From Takakia lepidozioides (Eukaryota > Plantae > Bryophyta): a DNA stretch of 64,000 nucleotides. Positions 48,791-61,354 of this stretch are shown here, one piece after another; the first letter of the stretch is position 1; every line of letters begins with the position of its first letter. Below the pieces are notes generated by a model. The model ran no database searches and was not told the DNA's origin. It saw nothing but the letters and a program-made list of their open reading frames with translations. The stretch is from the NCBI GenBank assembly GCA_030704615.1, contig CM060733.1, forward strand, positions 37,076,001 to 37,140,000, given 5' to 3'. Position numbers and translations under genes: made by a program.

Positions 48791-49090
48791 TTGATGCCTG
48801 CCTCTGGCAGGATCTCTTCTCGGCTCCTTCACACTGGTGGGACAACAGAATTCATAAGGTGATACTATCTTCCTTAATGTTAAGTCATTTTGCTGTTGTC
48901 GCAAGAAGATCAACAAGTACAGTTGGTAAAGTTGCTATCAAAGTAGGTTGTTTTGGACTGTTCCCAGTTATTTGAGAGATTCTTGGCGGTGTACATGGGC
49001 TGTGCTTGATGCACATGTGCAGAAAAGTCTAGGATCAGCAGACTTTACATAAGTGCATAGAGGAGGATCTTTGGATTCAGGGTTGGTTGA
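48791..49090 (+). other. Two upstream exon-like segments encoding an OSB-type PDF motif (second half frameshifted)
   Basis: ag|..CLWQDLFSAPSHWWDNRIHK|gt (48791-48858), then ag|KSLGSADF..HKCIEEDLWIQGW (from 49023, frameshift after DF). Confidence 0.55.
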
Positions 49091-49334
49091 CCCCAACTAG
49101 CTACCATAATAGAAGTGGACTGAAATTCGGTGATATTTTTCATGTCAATTATACCATAGAGCTGCAGTCAGAGAATCCAAGTGTTATTCTTTTTTATGAT
49201 GATTGACGGGCTCCAACTCAAGGTACAGTTTATCATCAAAGTAGACAACTGGTTAATATGTGACAAGGATCCTGCTCTAGGACGGTTTGAGCGGAAGACC
49301 TTATGTGGAAAAAGTGTGTTTTGTGTCATGCAGG

Positions 49335-51566
49335 ATGGCAGGGTTAAATTGTGCCAGTGTAGAAACTAGCTGCAGGGGTGGCGCCTCCATCATCGCCACT
49401 GCTTGGGAAAGAGGACCAAGAGAGGTAGTTACCAGAAAGTCTTCTGGCACTTGTGAGGATGTTAGGGCACTGTGTAAGGCAGGACCACTGACAGAGGTGC
49501 TGCACAATTTGAAGCAACGAGGCATTTTGGTGAACTCGGAGACATTTGTCTATGTCCTACAGGAGTGCATCAACATGAAAGACCTAGCAGAGGTAAAGGA
49601 TGTCCACGCCCACATTATCCAGAGTGGAATAAAGCCAAGCATTTTTTTACTCAACACCCTTATGACCATGTATGCCAAGTGCGGGAGCATTGTGGATAGC
49701 CGCCAAGTGTTTGATAAAATATCTGACCGAAATTTGTTTACGTGGACTATTATGATAGCACAATATTCCAAGCATGGGCGTGGTAGGGAGGCTTTGCAGA
49801 TCTATGACCAAATGCAGCCGGAAGGTGTGATGCCCAACAAGGTCACGTTTGTGTGCGTTCTCAATGCGTGTGCCAGCCTAAGAGCCCTAGAAAAGGGCAG
49901 AGAGGTCCATGCTGACCTCGTCAAAGCTGGAATTCTGTTAGAGGTTATTGTAAGCACAGCTCTTGTTGACATGTACGCCAAATGTGGTAGCGTAATGGAT
50001 GCACGACAGGTGTTTGACAACATGGCTGAACGAAATGTGGTGTCATGGACCGCTATGATCACAGGCTATGCACAGCATGGTTGTGGTAGGGAGGCTTTAG
50101 AGATCTATGCGCAAATGCTATGGCAGGGTGTGAAGCCAGATAAGGTCACATTCATTTGCGTTCTAAATGCTTGTGCCAGCCTAGCAACCCTCAAAAAGGG
50201 CAAAGAGGTCCATGCTGACATCATGAAGAGCAGAATCGCAAGAGATGTCATTCTGGAAAATACCCTTGTTGACATGTATGCCAAATGCGGGAGTATACAT
50301 GATGCGCGTAAAGTATTTGACAATATGGCTCAACGAAATGTGGTGTCATGGAATTCCCTTCTCACAGGATATTGTCAGCATGGGTGTGGTAGGGAGGCTC
50401 TGAGGATCTATGAGCAAATGATAGATCAAGGTGTGATACCTGACAAGGTCACCTTTATTTGCATTCTCAATGCGTGTGCAAGCCTGGCAGCCCTGGAAAG
50501 GGGCAAAGAGGTCCATGCTGACATCAGCAAAGTGGGGATTGAGCAAGATGTCATCCTAGAGACTGCCCTTGTTGACATGTATGCCAAATGTGGGAGTGTA
50601 CAGGATGCACGGCAAGTGTTCGACAGTATGGCTGAACAAGACATGGTCTCCTGGAACTCAATGATCGCAGGATATGCACAGCATGGGCGTGGTAGGGAGG
50701 CCCTCCAACTATTTGAACAAATGCAACAGGCGGGCTTGAAGCCTGGCAGTGTCACCTTTCTATGTGTTCTCTCTGCATGTAGCCATGTGGGCCTGCTGGA
50801 TGAAGGCCATCACTACTTTGATTCCATTAGTCGTGAACATGGCCTTACTCCTACAGTGGATCATTTTGGCTGCATGGTGGATATTTTTGGCCGTGCAGGG
50901 CGAGTGACTGAGGCAGAGGATTTCATTAACAAAATGGCAGTCAAATCGAATGCTGGAGTGTGGAGGGCATTGCTTAGTGCCTGCAGAATTCATGGCAATG
51001 TGGAAGTAGCAGAACGTGCGGCAAAAAATATTCTCAAGAGGGATCCGTGGCATGCTGCAGATTATGTGGTGCTATCGAACATCTATGGTGCGGCTGGCAG
51101 GTGGGACGAAAAAGCAAAGGTGAGAAAAATGATGGAGATTAGAGGGGTGAAAAAGAAGCCAGGGCGCAGCTGCATTGAAATCAACAATCGAGTGCATACG
51201 TTCGTTGTAGAAGACAAATCACATCCACAAATTGAGGAAATCCATGCTGAGCTAAAAAGGTTACTCGTACAGATGAAGGAGGTCGGGTACGTGCCTGACA
51301 CACGCTTTGTATTACATGATGTGGAGGAGGAGCAGAAGGAAATTTCTCCTTGCCACCACAGTGAGAAGTTGGCCATTGCCTTTGGGCTTATCAGCACCCC
51401 GCCTGGGACGCCTATCCGTATCATCAAGAACCTTCGGGTGTGTGGTGACTGCCACAATACCACCAAGTTCATCTCCAAAATCGTTGGGCGAGCAGTTGTC
51501 GTACGGGATGCCAACCGCTTTCACCATGTCCAAGATGGTTTGTGTTCTTGTGGGGATTACTGGTGA
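49335..51566 (+). CDS. PLS-class pentatricopeptide repeat protein with E1/E2 and DYW cytidine deaminase domain (organellar C-to-U RNA editing factor)
   Basis: Intact ORF with about 14 L/S/P repeats, PG box (KKPGRSCIE), HSEKLA and CGDCH zinc ligands, ending CSCGDYW. ATG at 49335 follows a possible acceptor, so upstream exons (from ~47248) may exist. Confidence 0.96.
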   Translation: MAGLNCASVETSCRGGASIIATAWERGPREVVTRKSSGTCEDVRALCKAGPLTEVLHNLKQRGILVNSETFVYVLQECINMKDLAEVKDVHAHIIQSGIKPSIFLLNTLMTMYAKCGSIVDSRQVFDKISDRNLFTWTIMIAQYSKHGRGREALQIYDQMQPEGVMPNKVTFVCVLNACASLRALEKGREVHADLVKAGILLEVIVSTALVDMYAKCGSVMDARQVFDNMAERNVVSWTAMITGYAQHGCGREALEIYAQMLWQGVKPDKVTFICVLNACASLATLKKGKEVHADIMKSRIARDVILENTLVDMYAKCGSIHDARKVFDNMAQRNVVSWNSLLTGYCQHGCGREALRIYEQMIDQGVIPDKVTFICILNACASLAALERGKEVHADISKVGIEQDVILETALVDMYAKCGSVQDARQVFDSMAEQDMVSWNSMIAGYAQHGRGREALQLFEQMQQAGLKPGSVTFLCVLSACSHVGLLDEGHHYFDSISREHGLTPTVDHFGCMVDIFGRAGRVTEAEDFINKMAVKSNAGVWRALLSACRIHGNVEVAERAAKNILKRDPWHAADYVVLSNIYGAAGRWDEKAKVRKMMEIRGVKKKPGRSCIEINNRVHTFVVEDKSHPQIEEIHAELKRLLVQMKEVGYVPDTRFVLHDVEEEQKEISPCHHSEKLAIAFGLISTPPGTPIRIIKNLRVCGDCHNTTKFISKIVGRAVVVRDANRFHHVQDGLCSCGDYW

Positions 51567-53700
51567 AACAAGGAGCATGCATGAAAGAAACTGTTAATTT
51601 ATCATATTTAGTTCTGAGGATATGATTGATGTCGTTAAATTGGACAGTCAGTCCTGCACGTTCTGTGAGCTGCCCTGGTGATCAGCAGTCCATGATGCTC
51701 AAACAGAATGATGGTTGGAAAAAGGGAGTCTGAAAAGATTGAGGAAACACTGGTACTATGAGTGTTCTCCAAGATATTGCGAAAAAGCAACAAGGAGCTC
51801 AAGGAGTTTTGTGAAACTATGGTCATGAAAGATGGTGATTCATGAACATATGACGAGCTTCACAAAGAGGCATGTTGACCGGCACAACTGCTGAACTATC
51901 CCAATATAGGCCCCTCGTGGAAAGCTGGAATTGCCACAACTGCACTGCCGTGCCTATCCCAAAGACACAGAACCCATGTCTCAGTACATACTGGTGGTTT
52001 TCCACGGCACTGCTGTAGCAATGGTCTATGTTCCTGCCCTACCTGTCCTCAATACAAGCTGAGGTAATTATGAGCTGGGCAACTTTCACATGTTCTTGTA
52101 GCGTTGGACAGGATCAAGCAAAAGCTACCTTCATTTAGCATGAGCAAGAGTTTGTGGGGAGGGCTTGCATATGAAGCTTAAACGATGTATCTTCAACTCA
52201 TGACAATTTTGCTCGTCCTTGCTGGCTATCAGTAGGTTGTTCAAATGGCTTCCCATGTTTGAAAGATAGCTTAGAGCTTCATTGTTGCAGTCTGTCGTTG
52301 AAGCTATACACTGCTCAACTGGCCGGGGGTGTTGTTCAAGATCACCACCACACTTCACACATAAGAGCACAGATAAGGTACTTGGATTGAAACTCTCCCG
52401 GCTTATATCTGACAAAAGTTTGCCCTCAGCAATGGAAGATCTTCCCCTGTGCTCACAACATCAGTGTCCTCTCAAGCCTATGTTACTGCAGCAAAACACA
52501 TGAACCCATAACCCCCTGCTTGTCTCCCATACTCAATTGTGTCTGTCTCCCTCTCATTTCCCTCATATCTGGGCTGCTTTGTGACCTGAGCTCATGCCTA
52601 GTACCTACCCACATCTCCAAAGAGAAAGCAACCCACAGACAAAAAAACCCTGAGAGGGAGAGAGAGAAACACAAGGGAGTTGGTGGAAAAACTCACAGTC
52701 AATCAATATGTAGCCTACATGATGGGGCTCCCATCTGGCAGGGCTGGTAGGCCCACCCCATTTACAACCCTTTAATGTGTCCCTATGTACATGGAGACCA
52801 TGATCTCATAGTTAACCATGATTAGCCACATCTAACCCCTGATTACTCACTAATTTTATTGACCAAAAATAATCATTTAAAAATGAAATTGTAATTTTTT
52901 AATTTTTTTTAAAGAGGAGATGGGACGGTAAAAATAATTCTGTGCCGAACTAAAAAACACTTGGAAATGAATTATAAAAATGCGCATATATGATTTGAAA
53001 CGATATGTATTAGTAAAACAAAAGGGGGAATGCCGCCGCGAGAGGAGAGGAGGATTACAGCCGAATTAGCAGCTCGGCGGCGCGAAAGCGTCGCGCGCAC
53101 CGGCGTTCCACGAATTTCTCGCAGAACCAGCTGTCCCTCTCGCTGCTCCCACCTCCGCACCGCTGCCTCGCCTGCCCATACACCCCTGCGCTCTTCTCTC
53201 ACGCCTTCATTGCGCTCCATTGCAGCGTGGGATCATTCATGTAGGTGCTCTGATCCTGTCCTGCCTGCTTAGCTTTTGATCTCTCATAGGCAGTGGCAGA
53301 GGTGGTTTGCTTGGTGGAGGTGCTGGAACAGCAGCAGCAGCAGCAGCACTTGGGAGGTTGTGTTTTGTCGACGATCTTGTCTGAGTCTCAGCTCTGGGTT
53401 TCTCCGCCCTCATTTGGATTTGTGTTGAGGCATGGCCGGTGCTGTGTTTGTGTATAACCTCTTGACGAAGCAGCAAGAGGTTTTGAGTGTGTAGCTGGTC
53501 ACCTGAAGCGGATGCGGGATTTCTTGGGGGTGAGCGTCGGGAGGCAGCAACTGGAAATATTATTTGCCCAGGCGGGAAAGGTGTCAGCTCACGGTAGATG
53601 TAGTGTGTTTGCGAATTGAAAGTTTTGGGGGTTTTGAGATTTGGCCACGGTGGCTGGGCCCAGTAAAAGGGCGAAGCTGGACCTCCCCCGAACGTCCTCG

Positions 53701-55690
53701 ATGAGTGGTCCTGAGGAGGAAGAGGAGAGCTTGAGACTGACTCTCGGGCCTCCTGGCTCTTCGCGGGCTTCTCAGGATATTCGACCTCCCGTCTTGCCGC
53801 CAGGGCACAGCATAGCTGTGCCATCGCATGCGGAGGAGGAAGAACGGTATCGGCCTCGACGGACAGCCGTGCGCACCGGAACATCCGCAGGTTCCCCAGG
53901 TGAGTTCGTTTTTTTTTCTTATAGCTTTTTCCTTTTTTTTGGTCTGAGATTCTACCCGAACAAGTAACATTGCGAGGTGTTGGGTCGGCAAATTAGACAT
54001 TTTGCCACTTGCAAAGGGCCCCGAGGCTTGCAATTGTCACAACCTGGGCGCCCCACTCCTCCTTGCAATCGCAATATGTCATCAATCATTCGAATCTCAA
54101 TTGTCGCGAAATGGCATTGCTTTTACGTCGAGGTTTTCATTTCTAAGATCAACCTACTTAATGAATCGATGAACTTTCTGCTGAGTTGTGCTACCGGTTG
54201 AATCAAACAGGCAGCTGGATAAGGAATCGTAGATCATGCCTTTGAAACGTGCTGCTTTTACACTTTTTGAATTACATTGGGGCTTCATGGCAGCTGGCAC
54301 TCACTGGTTGGACGTCATCAGTGGCTTCCAACTGGTCTGTAAGTTCTGGAGAAAGATGCCAGCAAGTGCCAATTTGATTTTCAAATGACAAGAAGAGGTC
54401 AGCTGCATTTGAATGTGGGCTATTGCTTTGAATGCATGTCTGTCTGGGGGAGATGGATGGATGGTCCCTGTCTTCCTTACTTGTGTAAATAGTACATTTT
54501 GTAAGCGCACCACATCTCCCTTCAGAAAGTTAGCATACTGTGGCTGTGTCAACAATGGCTGCCAGGAGAAACTCAATTCGCTTCTGTCTACACACGTCCA
54601 CATTGCCAAATGACCATTAGAGAGTGCAATGGACGGTGCCACGTGCAGCACATACCTCTGTGTACTGCCATTTTTCAATGAACGTTGAGTTCTTGTGCTG
54701 TGACCAATTCAGACTCTTGGGTGCCCCCCAAGCAGCAAGCTGCTGTGTTGGTCACCTCTTAATCTAGGGTGGGTGCAGAAGCACCTCAAGTAGAGTTTGG
54801 TGAAACCATTTACGGTCCGTTGCCAACAATGAATGCCACCCGTTCAAGAGCATATTGTGAAGAAATAATGCGGGGTGGGTTTTGCTGGATGCTGCAGGTG
54901 ATCGAGCTGCAGGCAGCTCTGGCACTGGCAAGAAGAAGGGGCTGCAGGTTCCACCACCATTCCCATGGTCAACAGAGTACCGTGCCAAAAACCAAAACCT
55001 GGAGTGGATGCTACGGCATGGGATAAGTAACATCAAGGGAGAAGTCCAGTGCAAACGCTGTGATGGGATGACAACAGTGGAGGTCAATTTGCAGGTATTG
55101 TGCACCATTTTACACGTCCTATGTGCAGCAGGTCAAGAGCTCTATACAACTTGCAGGTACCTTGCAAGCAGTGGATGATTCCATAGCTTCTAGTGCCTTA
55201 GCCTAGTGTAAGTTGTACATCCCATGCAGTTTTCAAGGACCGGTGCAGACATCTCTAGATCGTGGATGGGAATATTTGTCAACTCTAGTGAAGTACTGTG
55301 TATGGTCATGATACTGTCAAAGGATTTATGGAGCAACTGTGCTGGCTGCAGGCAGCATTCATACAACTTGAGAGATACTTCATGGAGAACAAACACTCGT
55401 TGCACGACCGTGCACCAAAGCACTGGATGGTTCCCAGACTTCTTGACTGCACGCTTTGCTACCAAAATGACTGTGTTAAACCTATTATTGCCGAAAAGAA
55501 GAGGGAGATAAACTGGCTCTTTCTCTTGCTTACGCAGACTCTCGGCCTTTGCACTCTTGACCAGCTCAAGTTCTTCTGCAAGCACAATGACAAACACCGA
55601 ACAGGGGCAAAAGATCGTGTCCTCTACTCCACCTATGGGGGCCTGTTGAAACAGCTCAATCCGGCCGGTAAATATTTGCCAAATGATTAA
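53701..55690 (+). CDS. DUF7086-type plant Cys-rich protein (At1g49330-like); exons ~53701-53899, 54898-55094, 55352-55690
   Basis: In-phase GT-AG junctions. Motifs PPFPWST..RA, GEVQCKRC, HDRAP..W..P.L.DC..C, INWLFLLL.Q.LG.CTL.QLK.FC, HRTGAKDRVLY.TY. Start codon is uncertain. Confidence 0.85.
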
Positions 55691-56150
55691 ATTCTGATTT
55701 AGATGTTCCCTAAGTGCATCCCAAGTTGGAAAATTGGGCAGCAACTGCAAAGAGCATATCAGTCACGATGCTTCTAAAAGTGTACTGTTAGTGATCCCCA
55801 GCTGAGAGTAGGGGGGCATTAGGCATGTGGTGAGATCACACTTTTGGTTTTAACTGCAGTGGATGGAATATTTTGATTCCTCCTTATCTGCAGAGATTTT
55901 ATTTGGGTAGTGGGGATGGATTTGAGATACAAACCTGGGCAATAAGGGACCGACAACTTCTGCTGGGTAATTGCACATTGTGAAGCTGCCGTCTGTTGTG
56001 CCAAAAAAAATTTGCTGAGTAGAGGGGTAGGGGGAGGGATGTGCAGCAGCATGTGATGCATGGAAGCGTTTGCACTGTCTTAGAGATAGCCATTGATTGG
56101 GATACCTACCCATCGAAGCTTCTTGAGCACTCCAAATTTGTATAAACTGG

Positions 56151-56463
56151 ATTGATTGAGAGGAGTAGAAGAATGTATGGTGTACAATTGTGAATGGTGT
56201 AGGGAGATTTGTGGATCTTTTTTAATCAAAGCAATGTGTTCAAGATCAAAGAATTAGGGTGAGTGGATTCAAAGATCCTCTGCAGTGCACAACTGTTTCA
56301 GCTGAATTTATTGATGCAGAGTGGAAGATTGTATGGTGTACGTTTGTAAATGGTTAAAGGGTATTCAAACGTCTTTTTAATGAAAGCAACGTGTTCAAGA
56401 TCAAAGAGTCAAAGGGGGTGGATTCAAAGATCCTCTAGAGTGAGAATTGTTTCAACTGAATTT
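56151..56463 (+). repeat. About 155-bp tandem duplication
   Basis: TGTATGGTGTAC...GTGTTCAAGATCAAAGA...GTGGATTCAAAGATCCTCT...CTGAATTT occurs twice. Confidence 0.8.
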
Positions 56464-56955
56464 AGGTGCCAAAGTTTGTAAAAGACTCTTAATCTGTATC
56501 AGGACATCTAATGAGATTGGGTGCTGGATAGGGAGGCATAGCAAGACCCCTAAAAAAGTGCGACTGCTTGAGTATCTCAGGGCAACTTTAGACAAGAGAC
56601 CATGACCAACTCAAAACGGAATGATCCTGTCCGTGGAGAGAATTTTCTTGGTCATACTTGCTCAAAATTCAACAATTGTCGGGGGAGATCATTTTCTTCA
56701 GTCACTCTCAGAATTCAATGATCCTGTCGGCGGGGTTTTTTCTTTCTCAAAAGGATTAGTTAGCCCGTGTGCGGACTTCAATTTATAACAAGATGCCGCT
56801 CATATGGCAAGACAAATCATATGGGTGTAGAATTGACTAGCTATATCACCTTGAAAAAAATAGAAATCTGGTGACATGTCAACATTCTTGAGCTAGGGTC
56901 ATGTTGACAATGCAACCCGGGATCGTGACAAATGCATTCTTCTACTTCGTAATTA

Positions 56956-58266
56956 GGCCTCAGGCTACATATTTGTATTCTAGCTCCAGGGTCTCTCCTC
57001 TGGAGCACTTGCCAGGGACACATTAATGTGAGGTCCACATTAATGGCTGCTCATGTGGCCCCCACATTAATGCATTGGAACCTCCATGACGTCCCATGCC
57101 ATGTTATAGCCCCCATATCGAGGCTCCATGCTCCACATCCACCATTCATGCGCCCCCTATGCTCCATATCCCCGTGATACATCCCATGCCCTCCTCAACT
57201 CATTTTGATCAGTTTATAATGCAACAAAGAATGTTAAGTTACACATTGATTGGAGGTTCAAACCCATTGCGCTACCCATCTTCGTGTGTGGATTGTTCGT
57301 GGCGGTCCTCAATAGGTTGAATCGTGGCCTATCGCTTTTAGGTTTCTACTTTCTTCTCAAAAAAGAAAAAACAATGTTAAGGGGCTGATCCGAAACCAAA
57401 AGTGTTGTTGTTGATAAGAAACCAATATTGTTGTTTAGACGTTTGGAATTTCATACTCTCTTCCCCCACTACAAGTATGAAATTCCAAATATATGAACAA
57501 CAATTTTGGTTTTGGATCAGCCCCTTAACACTGTTTTTTCATTTTTGAAGAGAAAAAAAAAACCTGGGAGCGATAGGCCACGATTCAACCTATTGAGGAC
57601 CGCCACGAACAATCCACACACGGACAGGGTTTGAACCTCAAACTGCTAAAGCAAATGTGTGCACTTACTAATTGAGCTACCAATCAATGTGTAACTTAAC
57701 ATTCTTTGTTGCATTATAAACTGATAAATTGAGTGAGGAGGGCATGGGATGCGTCATGGGTATATGGAGCATAGGGGGCACATGCATGGCGGATGTGGAG
57801 CATGGAGGTGCCATGGAGGCTCGCTATGGCGGCTATAGCATGGCATGGGGGCTCCTTGGGGGCATTTTTTTTATTGGCAAATTTTCGCCAGATTTCGACC
57901 TCAAAAAATAAAATAGAATATTATGTTGCAACTTCCCTGTTTTTTCATGGATGAAATTGCCAAAGTTCTCCAAATAAAAAATAAATTATGGATGAATTCA
58001 TCAAATATGGATGATATAAATGGATTGAAGTACAATAATGGATGAAATTAAATGGATGAACAGAATGTACTGCTATTTTTTGCAAAACTCTGTAGCCACT
58101 CGTGCTGTTTTCCAAATTTCTTAAGAAAAACACTGGCTTATGGAAGCTCCACTGCAATTGATGTGGGAGTCACATGAGCAGCCATTAATGTGCCACATTA
58201 ATATGTCCCCCTTGTAGGCGCTCTATAAGGGAGACCATGGAGGAGTAGATTACAAATAGCCCGAGG
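56956..58266. mobile_element. Foldback/MITE-like element (Mutator-like) made almost entirely of long inverted repeats, with an AT-rich insertion at ~57860-58137
   Basis: Arms are reverse complements around a centre at ~57465 (e.g. GTGGATTGTTCGTGGCGGTCCTCAATAGGTTGAATCGTGGCCTATCGCT and its complement). TCGTAATTA flanks both ends (56947-56955, 58267-58275). Confidence 0.75.
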
Positions 58267-61200
58267 TCGTAATTAAACCCACTTATTTTAGGTAGATGTA
58301 AGGGAATAATATGGAGACTGCAAAACATGATTTTTTCTTGTGATGTGGGATTTATTTAGGCGTCACATTGACACCTTTAGGGTAAACATTTGGTAGACAT
58401 CATTAGCAAGATGAGACTGAAAATTTCGAAGCGTTGAATTAAAAAATTGAATCAATTTGAAGGCACTTTGGTCTGTCTAGGCCATCATTGAGACCAGGTA
58501 TTTTCCATTCTTAAGGTAGATACTACTTGTAAGGATCTTATCTTATTAACAGCTCCTTTAATAATTAGACATGTAACTTAAGCACAAAAGGAATTAGCCT
58601 CCTGAGCGCAAGGATAACCAAGAAGAATATCAGAAATCAGGTAAGGTCCATCAATCCGATGGCTATTGATTTAGTGAGTGGAGAGTTATTATGCAACCAT
58701 CTCTTCCATTACTAGCTCTAACAAAGTTACTAGCCCTAACAAAGACCCTGGCTACCTTGCTTTGTGAGGACTTGGCAAAAAGTCCCATTTTTGTCCCTTA
58801 ATTTTCTTTGTCAAGCCTAGTCGCTAGACTACTTTTAAGATGCAATTTGCCAAACAAAAAAAAAAAAAACATAATACAAAACACTACTCACTTGGTGAAG
58901 AGCATTTTCTTGGTCATATTGGCTTTACACTACAGACCAAGAAAATTGCGACTAAGTGGCATAGATTATACCGAGAGATTGCTCGTCTAGGGAATACACT
59001 TTTCTCAAATAATCATGGCAGCAGTAAGTTAGAATCAGTCTTGAATGTCAAGCGGGGAAACGAAGGTGATGGAAGGTGATAGACATCATTTAAAATCTCT
59101 TGGTCTTCGTCCCAATGCCACCTTTATACATTTGCACTAACTTTGGTCCCTACGATGTTTTAATATGCATCTTGGGACCAATTTGGTCCATATGTTTCTT
59201 GGTCTTTGTTTGTGGTCTAAAGTGGCCTTAAACCCTAAGCCTCCGGAGCCGTTTTGGTGGGCCACCCCCAAAACATGACCTAGTCTCATGGACGAAGCTG
59301 TATCCGCCAATGGAGATTCATCCACAAAAATGAACCTTACCAACATTTATCTACCTACTACATGTACCTATTGAGAAATTTGTGGAAGAATTAACCATCA
59401 GAATTGGCAGATATTAACAAAAATCCATGGTGGATTTTTCAACTTCACACAAATATTGCCAAAAAAGTACAATTTGACCAAAGGTGATTTGCCATCCTTT
59501 TGAATTTTCCTGAGGCACCGACCTCCACATTTGCATACAACATTGCAGGGCTATAGGTGTCACCTCCAAATCTCATGACCAAATTGGAAAAAATTCAAGC
59601 GGCTCCTTTGTATGTCTACTAAGAGCGGTACGTTGGAAGTCCCACAACTCTATAAGATAAAAAGCTCCATGGAAGCTGGCATTTTTTTTTATCAAGTGCA
59701 AAATCATGAGGTGTACTAGTCCTTCATTGCAAGAAGGTAAAGAGGAATGCCGAAAATGTTTTGGAAAATTCAAAAACCACATGTATAGATGGCATTTTTC
59801 CTCAGTTTTGGAGTCCTTTCCAGGTCAAGCTATTGTTGTCGACTAGGTGAACATTTTCGGCAACCTCTTTTAGGGGGCCACATCATTAAAACTACAACTT
59901 GCCCCTGTAGGAACCCAATGCACTTTGCGGAGCCATGTCCCTATTCATGAAGGCACCTGGTGAAGTTGCCCAAACGTCAACGTCCAACTAGGAGGGCCCA
60001 ACTGTATTTCAAAGTCATCCTCCAAGAACAGAACTTAGGGGGTCCTGAACCCCCCGATCTGCGCAGTATGCAGACAGTCCCCCCCCCCCCCCAAAAGAAA
60101 AGCCAAACAATCCCCACACACATCATCCCAAGTCTGGTGGCAGCATAGTCCAGCTTCCCCAAAAAACAAAAGCACCCAAAGAAACATAAAAACCGGCCAG
60201 CATCCTTCCCGCCCTCTCTCTCTCATTGCTCACGGTATCCAAAACAAACAATATACACACATGATGACGATTATAAAGACATCGCGAGGACAAACACGAC
60301 AAGATGACAACCCACCCCTCCTTACTATTTCTTGATGAGCCCACCCAAGACACACATGTAGCATACGCAGCCCCATGTTTACATCCGTGCCAAACAAGAC
60401 AGACCATGCACACACCATCAGCAATGAATAGTCCCCTAAGAACCGTCATTCCTTACATAGAACATAAAACAGGCACTGAACACAATCAAGTAACCAAAGC
60501 CTCCACCTTGCGTGTATCCGAGGGGCATCACGCCAATGTGTTCAATCCTTGAGGCAAATGTACGTCCCCTGACACTGGGGATAGTAGAAATGAGTCCTCA
60601 TGTGGCACATTGCATACAACCGCTGAAGAGAGGAATGTCAGCACTAGTGCACATGGGCACATTCTCTCCATAAACAGAAATCATCGGTATTGTGCCAGAC
60701 ATACTAACAGTCAAACAGTGTGGCATCCGCATGTTGAAATCAAGATGGGTAATTGCAGGCAGACCCTTGCCTTTGAAATGTTATCTGTATAGCAAGTATC
60801 GTGCGTTCACCATAGTTGTGATCAAAGAGAAAAAAAGAACATGGTGCCACTCTTATGTGTTTTCAATTGCATACTGTATGCACCCCGAAGTTCACCTTGA
60901 ACGTTTACACCTCTCACGATGTGACAATGTCCGCTTTTATTTTGCCAAACCTTTGTAGGTCCTTTTTGCAAGTACTGCAGCCCATTTCTCTAAATTTTGG
61001 TATGGACTTCAGTGTAGACAACCTTGCTGACATCCCACAGTGGTTTGGAGAGGGAGGGGCACAAGAAAATTCAATGAATAATTCTTAGTCACTATCTGAA
61101 GTGCCTAGACAATTTATTACCATGCAGTGGAGAATAAGGGTGCCTCTGTCATGTCTTCATGAAGCCACAGATGAAGGTAGTGTATAAATACTGACTGGAC

Positions 61201-61354
61201 GGTTGGATATGTGGAAACCATCGACAATATGCCTCATGTACATGGTGGACATGGGAGAGTGGCATGTGAGGCATTTATTGTCCACAATATGTGCTGAATT
61301 CTCCAAGTTTGTTGACTTCTCTACTTTGGAATTTGACAGTGCTGTGAATGAGGG

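Noticed and set aside
49550-51578. Antisense ORFs over the PPR-DYW gene
   Set aside because: Shadow ORFs of the repetitive coding strand.
58300-61350. Possible transposase remnants
   Set aside because: Only short ORFs without diagnostic motifs.
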